NCBI GenBank assembly: GCA_965205265.1
Contig: CBDBGH010000003.1
Span: forward strand, 192,001-256,000
DNA length: 64,000 bases
Origin: Alphaproteobacteria bacterium
GTDB lineage: Bacteria > Pseudomonadota > Alphaproteobacteria > Bin95
Direction of reading: 5' to 3'
Shown piece by piece: positions 11,413 through 19,887 of the stretch. The notes beneath the pieces are model-generated. The model was not told the DNA's origin and made no database searches. It saw only the letters and a program-made list of their open reading frames with translations. The number at the start of each line of letters is the position of its first letter. The stretch's first letter is position 1. The position numbers were made by a program, and so were the translations under genes.

Positions 11413-12432
11413 TCAGTTCTTCGACCGGTCCACCAACGCGTTCTCGGCGATCCACGGCATCATGCCGCGCAGGCGCGCGCCGACCTCTTCCACGGGATGC
11501 TCCGCCGCGCGCCGGCGCATGGCCTTGAAGCTCGCCTGCCCGGCGGCGTTCTCCAGCACCCATTCGCGCGCGAAGGCGCCGGACTGGATTTCATCCAGAA
11601 TGGTTTTCATCCGCTCCTTCACGCTGGCGTCCACGACGCGGGGCCCGCGGCTGTAGTCGCCGTATTCCGCCGTGTTGGAGACCGAATAGCGCATCTGCGC
11701 AAGCCCGCCCTCATAGATGAGGTCCACGATCAGCTTCACCTCGTGGACGCATTCGAAATAGGCCATTTCCGGGGCGTAGCCGGCCTCGCAGAGCGTCTCG
11801 TAGCCCGCCTGGATCAGCGAGGTGATGCCGCCGCAAAGCACGGTCTGCTCGCCGAACAGGTCGGTCTCGCACTCTTCCTTCATGGTCGTCTCGATGACGC
11901 CCGCCCGGCCCGCGCCGAGCCCGCAGGCATAGGAAAGGCCGAGTTCCTGACAATTGCCGGAGGCGTCCCTGTGGACGGCGAGCAGGCTCGGCACGCCGGC
12001 GCCGCGCACATATTCGGAGCGCACGAGATGGCCGGGGCCCTTGGGCGCGACCATGAACACATCCAGGTCCGAACGTGGCTCGATCAGGTTGAAATGGATG
12101 GAGAGCCCGTGCGCGACGGCGAGCGCGGCGCCCTCCTTCATGTTGCCGGCGAGGTCGCCGGAATAGAGCGCCGAGTGGCCCTCGTCGGGGGTGAGCATCA
12201 TCACCACATCGGCCGTGCGCGCCGCCGCATCGGGCGTCATCACGGTGAAGCCGGCGCCCTCGGCCTTGGGCCGGCTTCCGGAGCCTTCGCGCAGGCCGAC
12301 GATGACGTTCTCGACGCCGCTCTCGCGCAAATTATTGGCATGGGCATGGCCCTGGCTGCCATAGCCCAGTATGGCGACGGTCCGCGACTTGATGAGGTTT
12401 AGGTCGGCGTCGCGATCGTAATAGACGCGCAT
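11413..12432 (-). CDS. ilvC: Ketol-acid reductoisomerase
   Basis: [20 protein letters not shown] and ETDLFGEQ motifs. Confidence 0.98.
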   Translation of the reverse strand: MRVYYDRDADLNLIKSRTVAILGYGSQGHAHANNLRESGVENVIVGLREGSGSRPKAEGAGFTVMTPDAAARTADVVMMLTPDEGHSALYSGDLAGNMKEGAALAVAHGLSIHFNLIEPRSDLDVFMVAPKGPGHLVRSEYVRGAGVPSLLAVHRDASGNCQELGLSYACGLGAGRAGVIETTMKEECETDLFGEQTVLCGGITSLIQAGYETLCEAGYAPEMAYFECVHEVKLIVDLIYEGGLAQMRYSVSNTAEYGDYSRGPRVVDASVKERMKTILDEIQSGAFAREWVLENAAGQASFKAMRRRAAEHPVEEVGARLRGMMPWIAENALVDRSKN

Positions 12433-12475
12433 GGGGCGGGCTTCCTTTCTTCGGTCGGACTTTGCTTGCGGGCGT

Positions 12476-12991
12476 TTACATGCCCTCGGCGCCGCGCGCG
12501 ATGGCGACGACGCCGGTGCGGGCGAGGTCGGTCATGCCGAGCGGGCGCATCAGGTCGATGAAGGCGTCGATCTTCTCGGTCGAGCCGGTGACCTCGAACA
12601 CGAAGGATCGGTGGGTGCTGTCCACCGCGCGGGCGCGGAAGATGTCGGCGATACGCAGCGCCTCGATGCGCCGGGCGCCGCCGCCCGCCACCTTGACCAG
12701 CACCAGTTCCCGCTCGACATGCGGCCCTTCCTGCGTGAGGTCTGACACGCGGTGGACCGGCACCAGCCGCGCAAGCTGGGCCTTGATCTGCTCCAGCACC
12801 ATCAGCGTGCCGGAAGTGACCACGGTGATGCGCGAAAGATGGCCGGTCGGGTCGATTTCGGCGACGGTCAGGCTCTCGATATTGTAGCCGCGGCCCGAGA
12901 ACAGGCCGATGACGCGCGCCAGCACGCCGGGCTCGTTGTCCACGACCACGGCGAAGATTCGCCTTTCCTGCTGGTGCTCCGTGGCGGCCAA
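12476..12991 (-). CDS. ilvN: Acetolactate synthase small subunit
   Basis: [28 protein letters not shown] domain. Confidence 0.96.
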   Translation of the reverse strand: MAATEHQQERRIFAVVVDNEPGVLARVIGLFSGRGYNIESLTVAEIDPTGHLSRITVVTSGTLMVLEQIKAQLARLVPVHRVSDLTQEGPHVERELVLVKVAGGGARRIEALRIADIFRARAVDSTHRSFVFEVTGSTEKIDAFIDLMRPLGMTDLARTGVVAIARGAEGM

Positions 12992-13049
12992 TTGGGTCTC
13001 TCCTCGCGCCGGACGGCCTGGGTTGGGGCAGGCCCTAGCGTCCCGTTCC

Positions 13050-13137
13050 CGTCATACCCGGACTTGTTCCGGGTATCCATGCGGCCGCCCGTTGAAAGCG
13101 GTGGAGGGAGATGCCCGGAACAAGTCCGGGCATGACG
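13050..13137. repeat. REP-like double-hairpin repeat (family R1, copy 1)
   Basis: CGTCATACCCGGACTTGTTCCGGGTATC...GATGCCCGGAACAAGTCCGGGCATGACG; inverted near-copy at 63828-63914. Confidence 0.85.
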
Positions 13138-13204
13138 ACATGGGAGCCGGGCATAACGACAAGAGGACTCGGCGCAAAGCCACGCAAACTTCTCGGCCGC
13201 GACA

Positions 13205-14983
13205 TTAGACGAGGACCATGCCTTCGGCGTCGATCTTTGCTTCCGGCTCTTCCGTGCCGCTCAGGATCATCTCGTTATGCGCCTTGCCCGACGGAATCAT
13301 CGGGAAGCAGTTTTCCATCTGCGCGACCTGCACATCGACGATCACGGGGCCGTCGGCGGCGATCATCGCATCGATCACGCTATCCATCTCGTCCGGGCGC
13401 TCCGCGCGCAGCCCCGTCCAGCCGAAGGCTTCGGCGAGGCGCACGAAATCCGGCAGGCTGTCCGTGTAGCTCTCGGAATAGCGCTCGCCATGCAGCAGCT
13501 CCTGCCACTGGCGCACCATGCCCATCCACTGGTTGTTCAGGATGAAGAGCTTGACCGGCAGCCGGTACTGCGAGGCGGTGGAAAGCTCCTGGATGTTCAT
13601 CAGGATGGACGCCTCGCCGGCGACATCGATCACCAGCGCATCGGGATGGGCGACCTGCACGCCGATAGCGGCCGGCAGCCCGTAGCCCATCGTGCCGAGG
13701 CCGCCCGAGGTCATCCAGTGGTTCGGGCGCTCGAAACGGAGGAACTGCGCGGCCCACATCTGGTGCTGGCCGACCTCCGTGGTGACGAACACGTCCTTGC
13801 GACCCGCGATCTTCGCCTGCAGGCGTTCGAGCGCGTATTGCGGCTTGATGACCTTGTCGTCCTGCTCGTATTTCAGGCAGTCGCGCTTGCGCCATTTGGC
13901 GATGTCGCGCCACCATCTTTCGATCGCGCGGTAGTCCGTTTTCCCGCCGCGCGCCGACCAGCGCCGGCGGATCGCCTCGACCGCCTTGCCCGCGTCCGCC
14001 ACCACCGGCACATCCACCATCACATTCTTGTTGATCGAGGACGGGTCGATGTCGATATGCACCTTCTTCGCATTCGGCGCGAAGCCGGTGAGGAGGCCGG
14101 TCACCCGGTCGTCGAAGCGCGCGCCGACGGCGAGGATGAGGTCTGCGCCGTGCATGGCGAGATTGGCCTCGTAGAGGCCGTGCATGCCGAGCATGCCGAT
14201 GGATTGCGGATGCGAGGCCGGGAAGGCGCCGAGCCCCATCAGCGTCTGCGTGCAGGGGAAGCCGGTCTCCTGCACCAGGCGGCGCAGTCCGCGCGCCGCG
14301 GCCGGTCCGGAATTGATCACGCCGCCGCCGACATACACCACCGGCCGTTTCGCGGTTTCGATGAGCGCCACGGCCTCTTCCACCGCCTGCGGCTCGGGGC
14401 GCGTGCGCGGCTTGTAGCTCCGGTGCTTCACCTCTTCCGGCGGCCGGTAGGCGCCGGTGGCGAATTGCACGTCCTTCGGCACATCCACCACCACCGGCCC
14501 CGGCCGGCCGCTGCGCGCGACATAGAACGCCTCGTGAATCGTCGAGGCGACTTCGTCCACGCTCCTGATGAGGTAGTTGTGCTTGGTGCAGGGCCGGGTG
14601 ATGCCGGTCGTGTCCGCCTCCTGGAAGGCGTCATTGCCGATGAGGTGCGTCGGCACCTGGCCGGTCAGGCAGACGACGGGAATGCTGTCCATGAGCGCGT
14701 CGGTGAGGCCGGTCACGGCATTGGTCGCGCCGGGTCCGGAGGTCACGAGCACGACGCCGACCTTGCCGGTCGAGCGGGCATAGCCTTCCGCGGCATGGAC
14801 CGCGCCGCCTTCCTGGCGGACGAGATAGTGGCGCAGCCGGTTCTGCTTGAAGATCTCGTCATAGATCGGCAGCACGGCGCCGCCCGGATAGCCGAAGACC
14901 GCCTCGACACCCTGATCGACGAGGGCTTTGACGATCATTTCGGCGCCGGTCATGGTCCTGACGGTCATGGTCCTGTCGGTCAT
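13205..14983 (-). CDS. ilvB: Acetolactate synthase large subunit
   Basis: FGYPGGAVLP, VTSGPGATN and TSGGLGTMGYGLP motifs; in-frame starts at 14983, 14968 and 14953. Confidence 0.97.
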   Translation of the reverse strand: MTDRTMTVRTMTGAEMIVKALVDQGVEAVFGYPGGAVLPIYDEIFKQNRLRHYLVRQEGGAVHAAEGYARSTGKVGVVLVTSGPGATNAVTGLTDALMDSIPVVCLTGQVPTHLIGNDAFQEADTTGITRPCTKHNYLIRSVDEVASTIHEAFYVARSGRPGPVVVDVPKDVQFATGAYRPPEEVKHRSYKPRTRPEPQAVEEAVALIETAKRPVVYVGGGVINSGPAAARGLRRLVQETGFPCTQTLMGLGAFPASHPQSIGMLGMHGLYEANLAMHGADLILAVGARFDDRVTGLLTGFAPNAKKVHIDIDPSSINKNVMVDVPVVADAGKAVEAIRRRWSARGGKTDYRAIERWWRDIAKWRKRDCLKYEQDDKVIKPQYALERLQAKIAGRKDVFVTTEVGQHQMWAAQFLRFERPNHWMTSGGLGTMGYGLPAAIGVQVAHPDALVIDVAGEASILMNIQELSTASQYRLPVKLFILNNQWMGMVRQWQELLHGERYSESYTDSLPDFVRLAEAFGWTGLRAERPDEMDSVIDAMIAADGPVIVDVQVAQMENCFPMIPSGKAHNEMILSGTEEPEAKIDAEGMVLV

Positions 14984-14990
14984 GGTCCTG
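14947..14990. repeat. Three 15-bp tandem repeats spanning the ilvB start
   Basis: (CGGTCATGGTCCTGW)x3. Confidence 0.85.
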
Positions 14991-15017
14991 TTTTCCGCAC
15001 TTGGAGGAAGGCGCGCG

Positions 15018-15046
15018 ACCCTAAACACCGGCTAACCGCCGGTCAA
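15018..15046 (-). promoter_or_regulatory. Putative sigma70 promoter of ilvBNC
   Basis: TTGACC-N17-TAGGGT on the minus strand. Confidence 0.55.
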
Positions 15047-15083
15047 CAGGCAGAAAGACGGCATTCCCGATGAGGAAACCGCG

Positions 15084-15121
15084 CCCGGCCGGAAGCCCGC
15101 AGGCATGGGCTTCCGGCCGGG
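15084..15121. repeat. Perfect 15-bp-stem hairpin
   Basis: CCCGGCCGGAAGCCC-N8-GGGCTTCCGGCCGGG. Confidence 0.7.
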
Positions 15122-15159
15122 TCGGCAAGCGGGGGCGGCCTCCGCAGGCGGGAAAGGCA

Positions 15160-15605
15160 TGAGATATTTGTTCGATAATATACGATATATTTCTTAGAAA
15201 GCACTTGACATATAGTGCATGCGGAGCAATATGGAACCGGAGGAAGGAAGCAGCATCCGGAGCCGCTTCCCGCCCGCGCCGGCGCGCATGCGGAACGACC
15301 CCGATTCAGCCGACAGACGAGGTGTGTCTTGCGCCTGCCTCGCGTGCGCGCAATCAGGCGCGCGAACCGCGCCGCCGCGAAACGTGCACGGGCGGGCGCA
15401 GGCGCCGGCGCGCATTACGCGCGAATCAGGGTCCCGCCGCCAGCCGGCCGGCGACGGGGCGGACGGAACGAAACAGGAGCAAGGTGAACAACCGATGCCG
15501 AGGACAGAGAGTCGCTGGAACCGAAGGGAATACCCGCAGCCCATGCCCGAACAGGCCGCAGGATATGTGCTGAGTGCATACAGATCATGACATTCCATGA
15601 CACTC
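15160..15605 (+). repeat. Dispersed intergenic element, copy A
   Basis: Shares head, core and CATGACA tail with 27950-28500 and 60605-61185. Confidence 0.85.
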
Positions 15606-15651
15606 CGGTATGCCCCTACCGCTGTGCCGCGTTGCCTCTGCCGGAATCCGG

Positions 15652-16395
15652 TCACGGGCTCGCCGGGCCCGAACCGGAAACGGCGGCTGGGCCGGCGCCG
15701 TCCCTGAGCCGGTCCGGGACGGCGAGGCGGCTCCAGGGGAACGCGTGGACCCGCTCCCGGCCCGGCATCAGGACGCGCGGCGGGCGGGCGAACAGCATGC
15801 GGACCGCCGGGTCGTGGACATCGAGCCCGCCCGCATAGGCGCCGAAGGCCGGAAGCAGCAGGCGCCGCCCGTCGGTGACGAAAACCCGCCCGGATACCTG
15901 CCGCCGGCCCGTCGCAACCGTCGCGCGCGGATGCAGGTGGCCTGCGACCTCTCCCGGCGCCGGGTGCGGATGCGGCTCATGGCGAAAGACGAGCGGCCCG
16001 GCCCGCCATTCGCCGAGCGCCCGCCCGCCGAAACCGCGGGGCGCCTCGGGGTCGTGGTTGCCGCGAAGCCAGAGCCACTCGCAGCTTCGCGCGAGCCGGT
16101 CGAGGCGTCCCGCCGCATCCGGGTCGAGGCGAAGGTCCGCATGCCGGTCGTGGAAGCCGTCGCCGAGCGACACCCAGCGCACCGGGCTGTAGCGCCGCGC
16201 CAGCGCCTCCAGCCGGTCCAGCGTCGCATGGCTGTCATAGGGCGGCAGCAGCGCGCGCCCTTCCGCCGCGAAAGCCGAGCCCTTTTCGAAATGCAGGTCG
16301 GCCACGACCAGCGTGCGCATCTCGGGCCACCAGAGCGCGCCCGAAGGGTCGGCGGCGAGCGATGCCCCGTTCAACCGGAAGTCGGCTGCGGTCAA
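15652..16395 (-). CDS. pdeM: Ligase-associated DNA damage response metallophosphoesterase/endonuclease
   Basis: VADLHFEKG, LPPYD, LGDGFHD, GNHD, GHLHP and LPAFG motifs; coupled to lhr. Confidence 0.92.
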   Translation of the reverse strand: MTAADFRLNGASLAADPSGALWWPEMRTLVVADLHFEKGSAFAAEGRALLPPYDSHATLDRLEALARRYSPVRWVSLGDGFHDRHADLRLDPDAAGRLDRLARSCEWLWLRGNHDPEAPRGFGGRALGEWRAGPLVFRHEPHPHPAPGEVAGHLHPRATVATGRRQVSGRVFVTDGRRLLLPAFGAYAGGLDVHDPAVRMLFARPPRVLMPGRERVHAFPWSRLAVPDRLRDGAGPAAVSGSGPASP

Positions 16396-18851
16396 AGCGG
16401 CAGCTCCGCCATGTCCGCGCCGCCCATGGCCTCGGCGACCAGGTCGCTTTCGCTCTCCGCCGCCGTCTCGGCCAGCAGTTCCTCTATGGCGCCGCCGTAG
16501 ACGAACTCCTTGCCGATCTCGAGCAGCACCGGCACGGCGAGCGGAGACACCCGGTCGAGCCGGCGCAGCTCGATCCGGCCCCGTGCCCGCGCCAGCATGC
16601 CGCCGAGGCGCCGGATGTCGGTCAGGCCCCGCGCCGCATCGCGGCGGGTGGCGCGCAGCAGCAGGTGGTTCGGCTCGTGCCGGCGCAGCACGTCGTAGAT
16701 GAGGTCGGCATTGAAGGTGACCTGGCGGCGCGTCTTCTCTCGGCCCGGATGGCGGCGCTCGATCAGCCCCGCCACGACCGCCACATTGCGGAAGGTGCGC
16801 CGGAGCAGGGTGGATTCCGCCATCCAGTCCTCAAGGTCGTCGCCCAGCATGTCCTCGGAGAAGAGCTCGTCCACCTCCTCCGCCTCGCGCAGGCTCCAGA
16901 CCGCGAGCACATAGTCGGACGCGCAGAAGCCGAGCGGACCGAGCCCCGCGCGCTCCATGCGCCGGGTCAGCAGCATGCCGAGCGTCTGGTGGGCGTTGCG
17001 CCCCTCGAAGCAGTAGGCGACGAGATACCATTTGCCGCCGCGCGGGAAGGTCTCCACCAAGAGGCCGCCCGGCCGCGGCAGCACGGAGCGCCGGTCCTGC
17101 GCCCGGAGCCATTCCAGCACGTCGGGCGGGAACTCCCGCCAGCGCCGCCGGTCGGCGAGCAGGCCGCGCACCCGCTCGGCGAGATGCGTGGTCAGCGGCA
17201 GCCGCCCGCCGCCATAGGCGGGAATGCGCGGCGCCTCGCCGGTGGCGGCCGAGGTGCGGATGGTCATCTCCCGGATGCCCTCGAAGCGCAGCATCCGGCC
17301 AGCGAACACGAAGGTGTCGCCCGGTGTGAGCGTGTTGGCGAAATACTCCTCGACCTCGCCGAGCACGCGCCCGCCGAGCCGGACCTTCAGGGTCACGGCC
17401 TCGACGATGGTGCCGACATTCATCCGGTAGCGCCGGACGACATCGGCATTGGCGGCCCTCAACCGGCCGGCGCCGTCGCGCTTCAGCCGCCGGTAGCGCT
17501 CATAGGCGCCGAGCGCATAGCCTCCGGTCGCCACGAAATCGACGGCCTCCGAGAAGGTCTTGGCGGTGAGGCCGCGATAGGGGAAGGCCCGGCGCACCTC
17601 CTGGAACAGCGCCTCCTCCTCGAACGGGCCGGAGGCCGCAACCCCTGCGATATGCTGGGCCAGCACGTCGAGGCCGCCCGGCTCCGGCGCGTCGCCGTCG
17701 AGCGTGCCCGCGTGGACCGCGTCGATGGCGGCATGGCATTCCAGCACCTCGAAGCGGTTGGCCGGCACCAGCAGCGCCTTGCTCGGCCGGTCGAGGCAGT
17801 GGTTGGAGCGCCCGAGGCGCTGGAGCAGCCGGGCCGCGCCCTTGGGCGCGCCGACCTGCACCACAAGGTCCACATCGCCCCAGTCGATGCCGAGGTCGAG
17901 CGAGGAGGTGGCGACCACGGCCCGCAGACGGCCCGCCGCCATCGCCGCCTCCACCTTGCGGCGCTGCTCCGGGGCGAGGCTGCCGTGATGCAGCGCGATG
18001 GCAAGGCCGTCCTCGTTGAGGTCCCAGAGCCCGCGGAATATGAGCTCTGCCTGGGCGCGTGTGTTGACGAACACGATGGTCGTGCGGTGCGCCCGGATCG
18101 CGTCGTGGATCTCGCCCAACGCATAAACCGCCATATGGCCCGACCAGGGCATCGGCCCCTGCATCCGGGCGATGGCGATTTCCGGCGCGACGCCGCCGCG
18201 GCCGACCACGACCTCGACGTCCGGCTCGCGCCCGGCGCTCGGCGAGAGCCAGGCGGCGAGATAGTCCCGGTCCGCTACGGTCGCGGAAAGAGCCGTTCGC
18301 CGCGCGCCTGGCGCCATGCCGCCGAGCCGCGCGAGGCCGAGCGAGAGCAGGTCGCCGCGCTTGTTGTCCGCGAGCGCATGCAGCTCGTCCACGATGACGC
18401 AGCGCAGCGGACCGAAGAGCGCCGGCGCGTCGGGCCAGGACAGCATCAGCGCGAGAGATTCGGGTGTCGTCATCAGCATTTGCGGCGGCTGCCGGCGCTG
18501 GCGTTCGCGCTTGCGCTGCGGCGTGTCGCCCGTGCGCGTCTCGACGCCGATATCGAGGCCCATTTCCGCAATCGGCGTCTCCAGATTGCGGTGGATATCG
18601 ACGGCGAGCGCCTTCAGCGGCGAGATGTAGAGCGTGTGCAGGCCCGCGCGCGGCGCCTCGGCGAGTTCCGCGATGCCCGGCAGGAAGCCGGCGAGTGTCT
18701 TGCCGCCGCCGGTCGGGGCGACCAGAAGCGCCGAGCGCCCGGCCTCGGCCGCGCGCCACATCGCCAATTGGTGTTCGTAGGGCCGCCAGCCGCGCGCCCG
18801 GAACCAGTCGCGGATCGCGGCGGGTTGCGGAACCCCGATGCCTGCCTCCAT
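16392..18851 (-). CDS. lhr: Lhr-core DEXH-box helicase (ligase-associated)
   Basis: APTGGGKT, SPLKALA, DELH, SAT, TSSLDLGIDWG and QRLGRSNH motifs. Confidence 0.93.
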   Translation of the reverse strand: MEAGIGVPQPAAIRDWFRARGWRPYEHQLAMWRAAEAGRSALLVAPTGGGKTLAGFLPGIAELAEAPRAGLHTLYISPLKALAVDIHRNLETPIAEMGLDIGVETRTGDTPQRKRERQRRQPPQMLMTTPESLALMLSWPDAPALFGPLRCVIVDELHALADNKRGDLLSLGLARLGGMAPGARRTALSATVADRDYLAAWLSPSAGREPDVEVVVGRGGVAPEIAIARMQGPMPWSGHMAVYALGEIHDAIRAHRTTIVFVNTRAQAELIFRGLWDLNEDGLAIALHHGSLAPEQRRKVEAAMAAGRLRAVVATSSLDLGIDWGDVDLVVQVGAPKGAARLLQRLGRSNHCLDRPSKALLVPANRFEVLECHAAIDAVHAGTLDGDAPEPGGLDVLAQHIAGVAASGPFEEEALFQEVRRAFPYRGLTAKTFSEAVDFVATGGYALGAYERYRRLKRDGAGRLRAANADVVRRYRMNVGTIVEAVTLKVRLGGRVLGEVEEYFANTLTPGDTFVFAGRMLRFEGIREMTIRTSAATGEAPRIPAYGGGRLPLTTHLAERVRGLLADRRRWREFPPDVLEWLRAQDRRSVLPRPGGLLVETFPRGGKWYLVAYCFEGRNAHQTLGMLLTRRMERAGLGPLGFCASDYVLAVWSLREAEEVDELFSEDMLGDDLEDWMAESTLLRRTFRNVAVVAGLIERRHPGREKTRRQVTFNADLIYDVLRRHEPNHLLLRATRRDAARGLTDIRRLGGMLARARGRIELRRLDRVSPLAVPVLLEIGKEFVYGGAIEELLAETAAESESDLVAEAMGGADMAELPL

Positions 18852-18897
18852 GCCGCCGCGCTTTCCTCCTCCGGCCCAGGGAGGCCATAGTAGCGCG

Positions 18898-19887
18898 ATG
18901 GCGGATGCGCTCGAAGACTGGCTCCAGCCGACGCCGGCCGGCCTCTGGTGCGAGCCGGGCGGCTTCCATATCGACCCGCAGCGGGCCGTGGAGCGCGCGC
19001 TCGTCACCCATGGCCATGCCGACCATGCCCGCCCCGGCCACGGCGCGGTGCTGGCGACGCCGGAGACGCTGGCCATCATGGCGCTGCGCTATCCGCGCGA
19101 CCGTGCGGACCGGCAGCCGCTCCGCTATGGCGAGACCGTCCGGGCCGGCGGCGTCTCCGTCCGGCTGGCGCCGGCGGGCCATGTGCTGGGCTCGGCCCAA
19201 GCGGTGCTCGAATACCGCGGGCGGCGGGTCGTTGTCTCGGGCGACTACAAGCGCGCGCCGGACCCGACCTGCGCCGCCTTCGAGCCGGTGCGGGCCGATG
19301 TCTTCATCACCGAGGCGACCTTCGGCCTGCCCGTGTTCCGCCTGCCGGACGACATGGCGGAGACCGCCCGCCTGCTGCGCTCTGTCGAGGCGTTCCCGGA
19401 CCGCTGCCATGTCGTCGGCGCCTACAGCCTCGGCAAGTGCCAGCGTCTGCTGGGGCTGCTCCGCCGGGCCGGCTACGACCGGCCGGTATGGCTGCACCCG
19501 GCGCTCGACGAGATGACCGCCCTCTACCGGGATTTCGGCGTGGAACTGGGCGAAACCCGGCTGCCCGGCGGTGCCGGGAGCCTGGCCGGCGAGATCGTGC
19601 TCCAACCCCCCGGCCCGGAGCAGCGGACGGACCGGTTTGCCGAGCCGGTGCGGGCGGTCGCCTCGGGCTGGATGCAGATTCGCGCCCATGCCCGCCGGCG
19701 CGGCGTCGAGCTGCCGCTCGCCATCTCCGACCACGCCGACTGGACAGGGCTCACGGCCACGATTGCCGAGACCGGCGCTTCCGAAATCCGGGTGACGCAC
19801 GGGCCGCCCGGCGCCCTGATCCGCTGGGCGCGGGGCCGGGGCCTCGATGCCCGGCCGCTCGAGCCGACGGACAGGCGGGGCGGATGA
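18898..19887 (+). CDS. Ligase-associated MBL-fold exonuclease
   Basis: THGHADHARPGH, AGHVLGSAQ, SGDYKR, TEATFGLP and SDHADW motifs. Confidence 0.92.
   Translation: MADALEDWLQPTPAGLWCEPGGFHIDPQRAVERALVTHGHADHARPGHGAVLATPETLAIMALRYPRDRADRQPLRYGETVRAGGVSVRLAPAGHVLGSAQAVLEYRGRRVVVSGDYKRAPDPTCAAFEPVRADVFITEATFGLPVFRLPDDMAETARLLRSVEAFPDRCHVVGAYSLGKCQRLLGLLRRAGYDRPVWLHPALDEMTALYRDFGVELGETRLPGGAGSLAGEIVLQPPGPEQRTDRFAEPVRAVASGWMQIRAHARRRGVELPLAISDHADWTGLTATIAETGASEIRVTHGPPGALIRWARGRGLDARPLEPTDRRGG

Noticed and set aside
15084-15121. Hairpin as an ilv attenuator
   Set aside because: It lies upstream of the predicted ilvB promoter (15018-15046), and no Ile/Leu/Val-rich leader peptide or U-tract was seen.
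15194-15655. The 90-166 aa ORFs spanning the element copies as true proteins
   Set aside because: The frames through the conserved core differ between copies because of indels, so conservation there is at nucleotide level.
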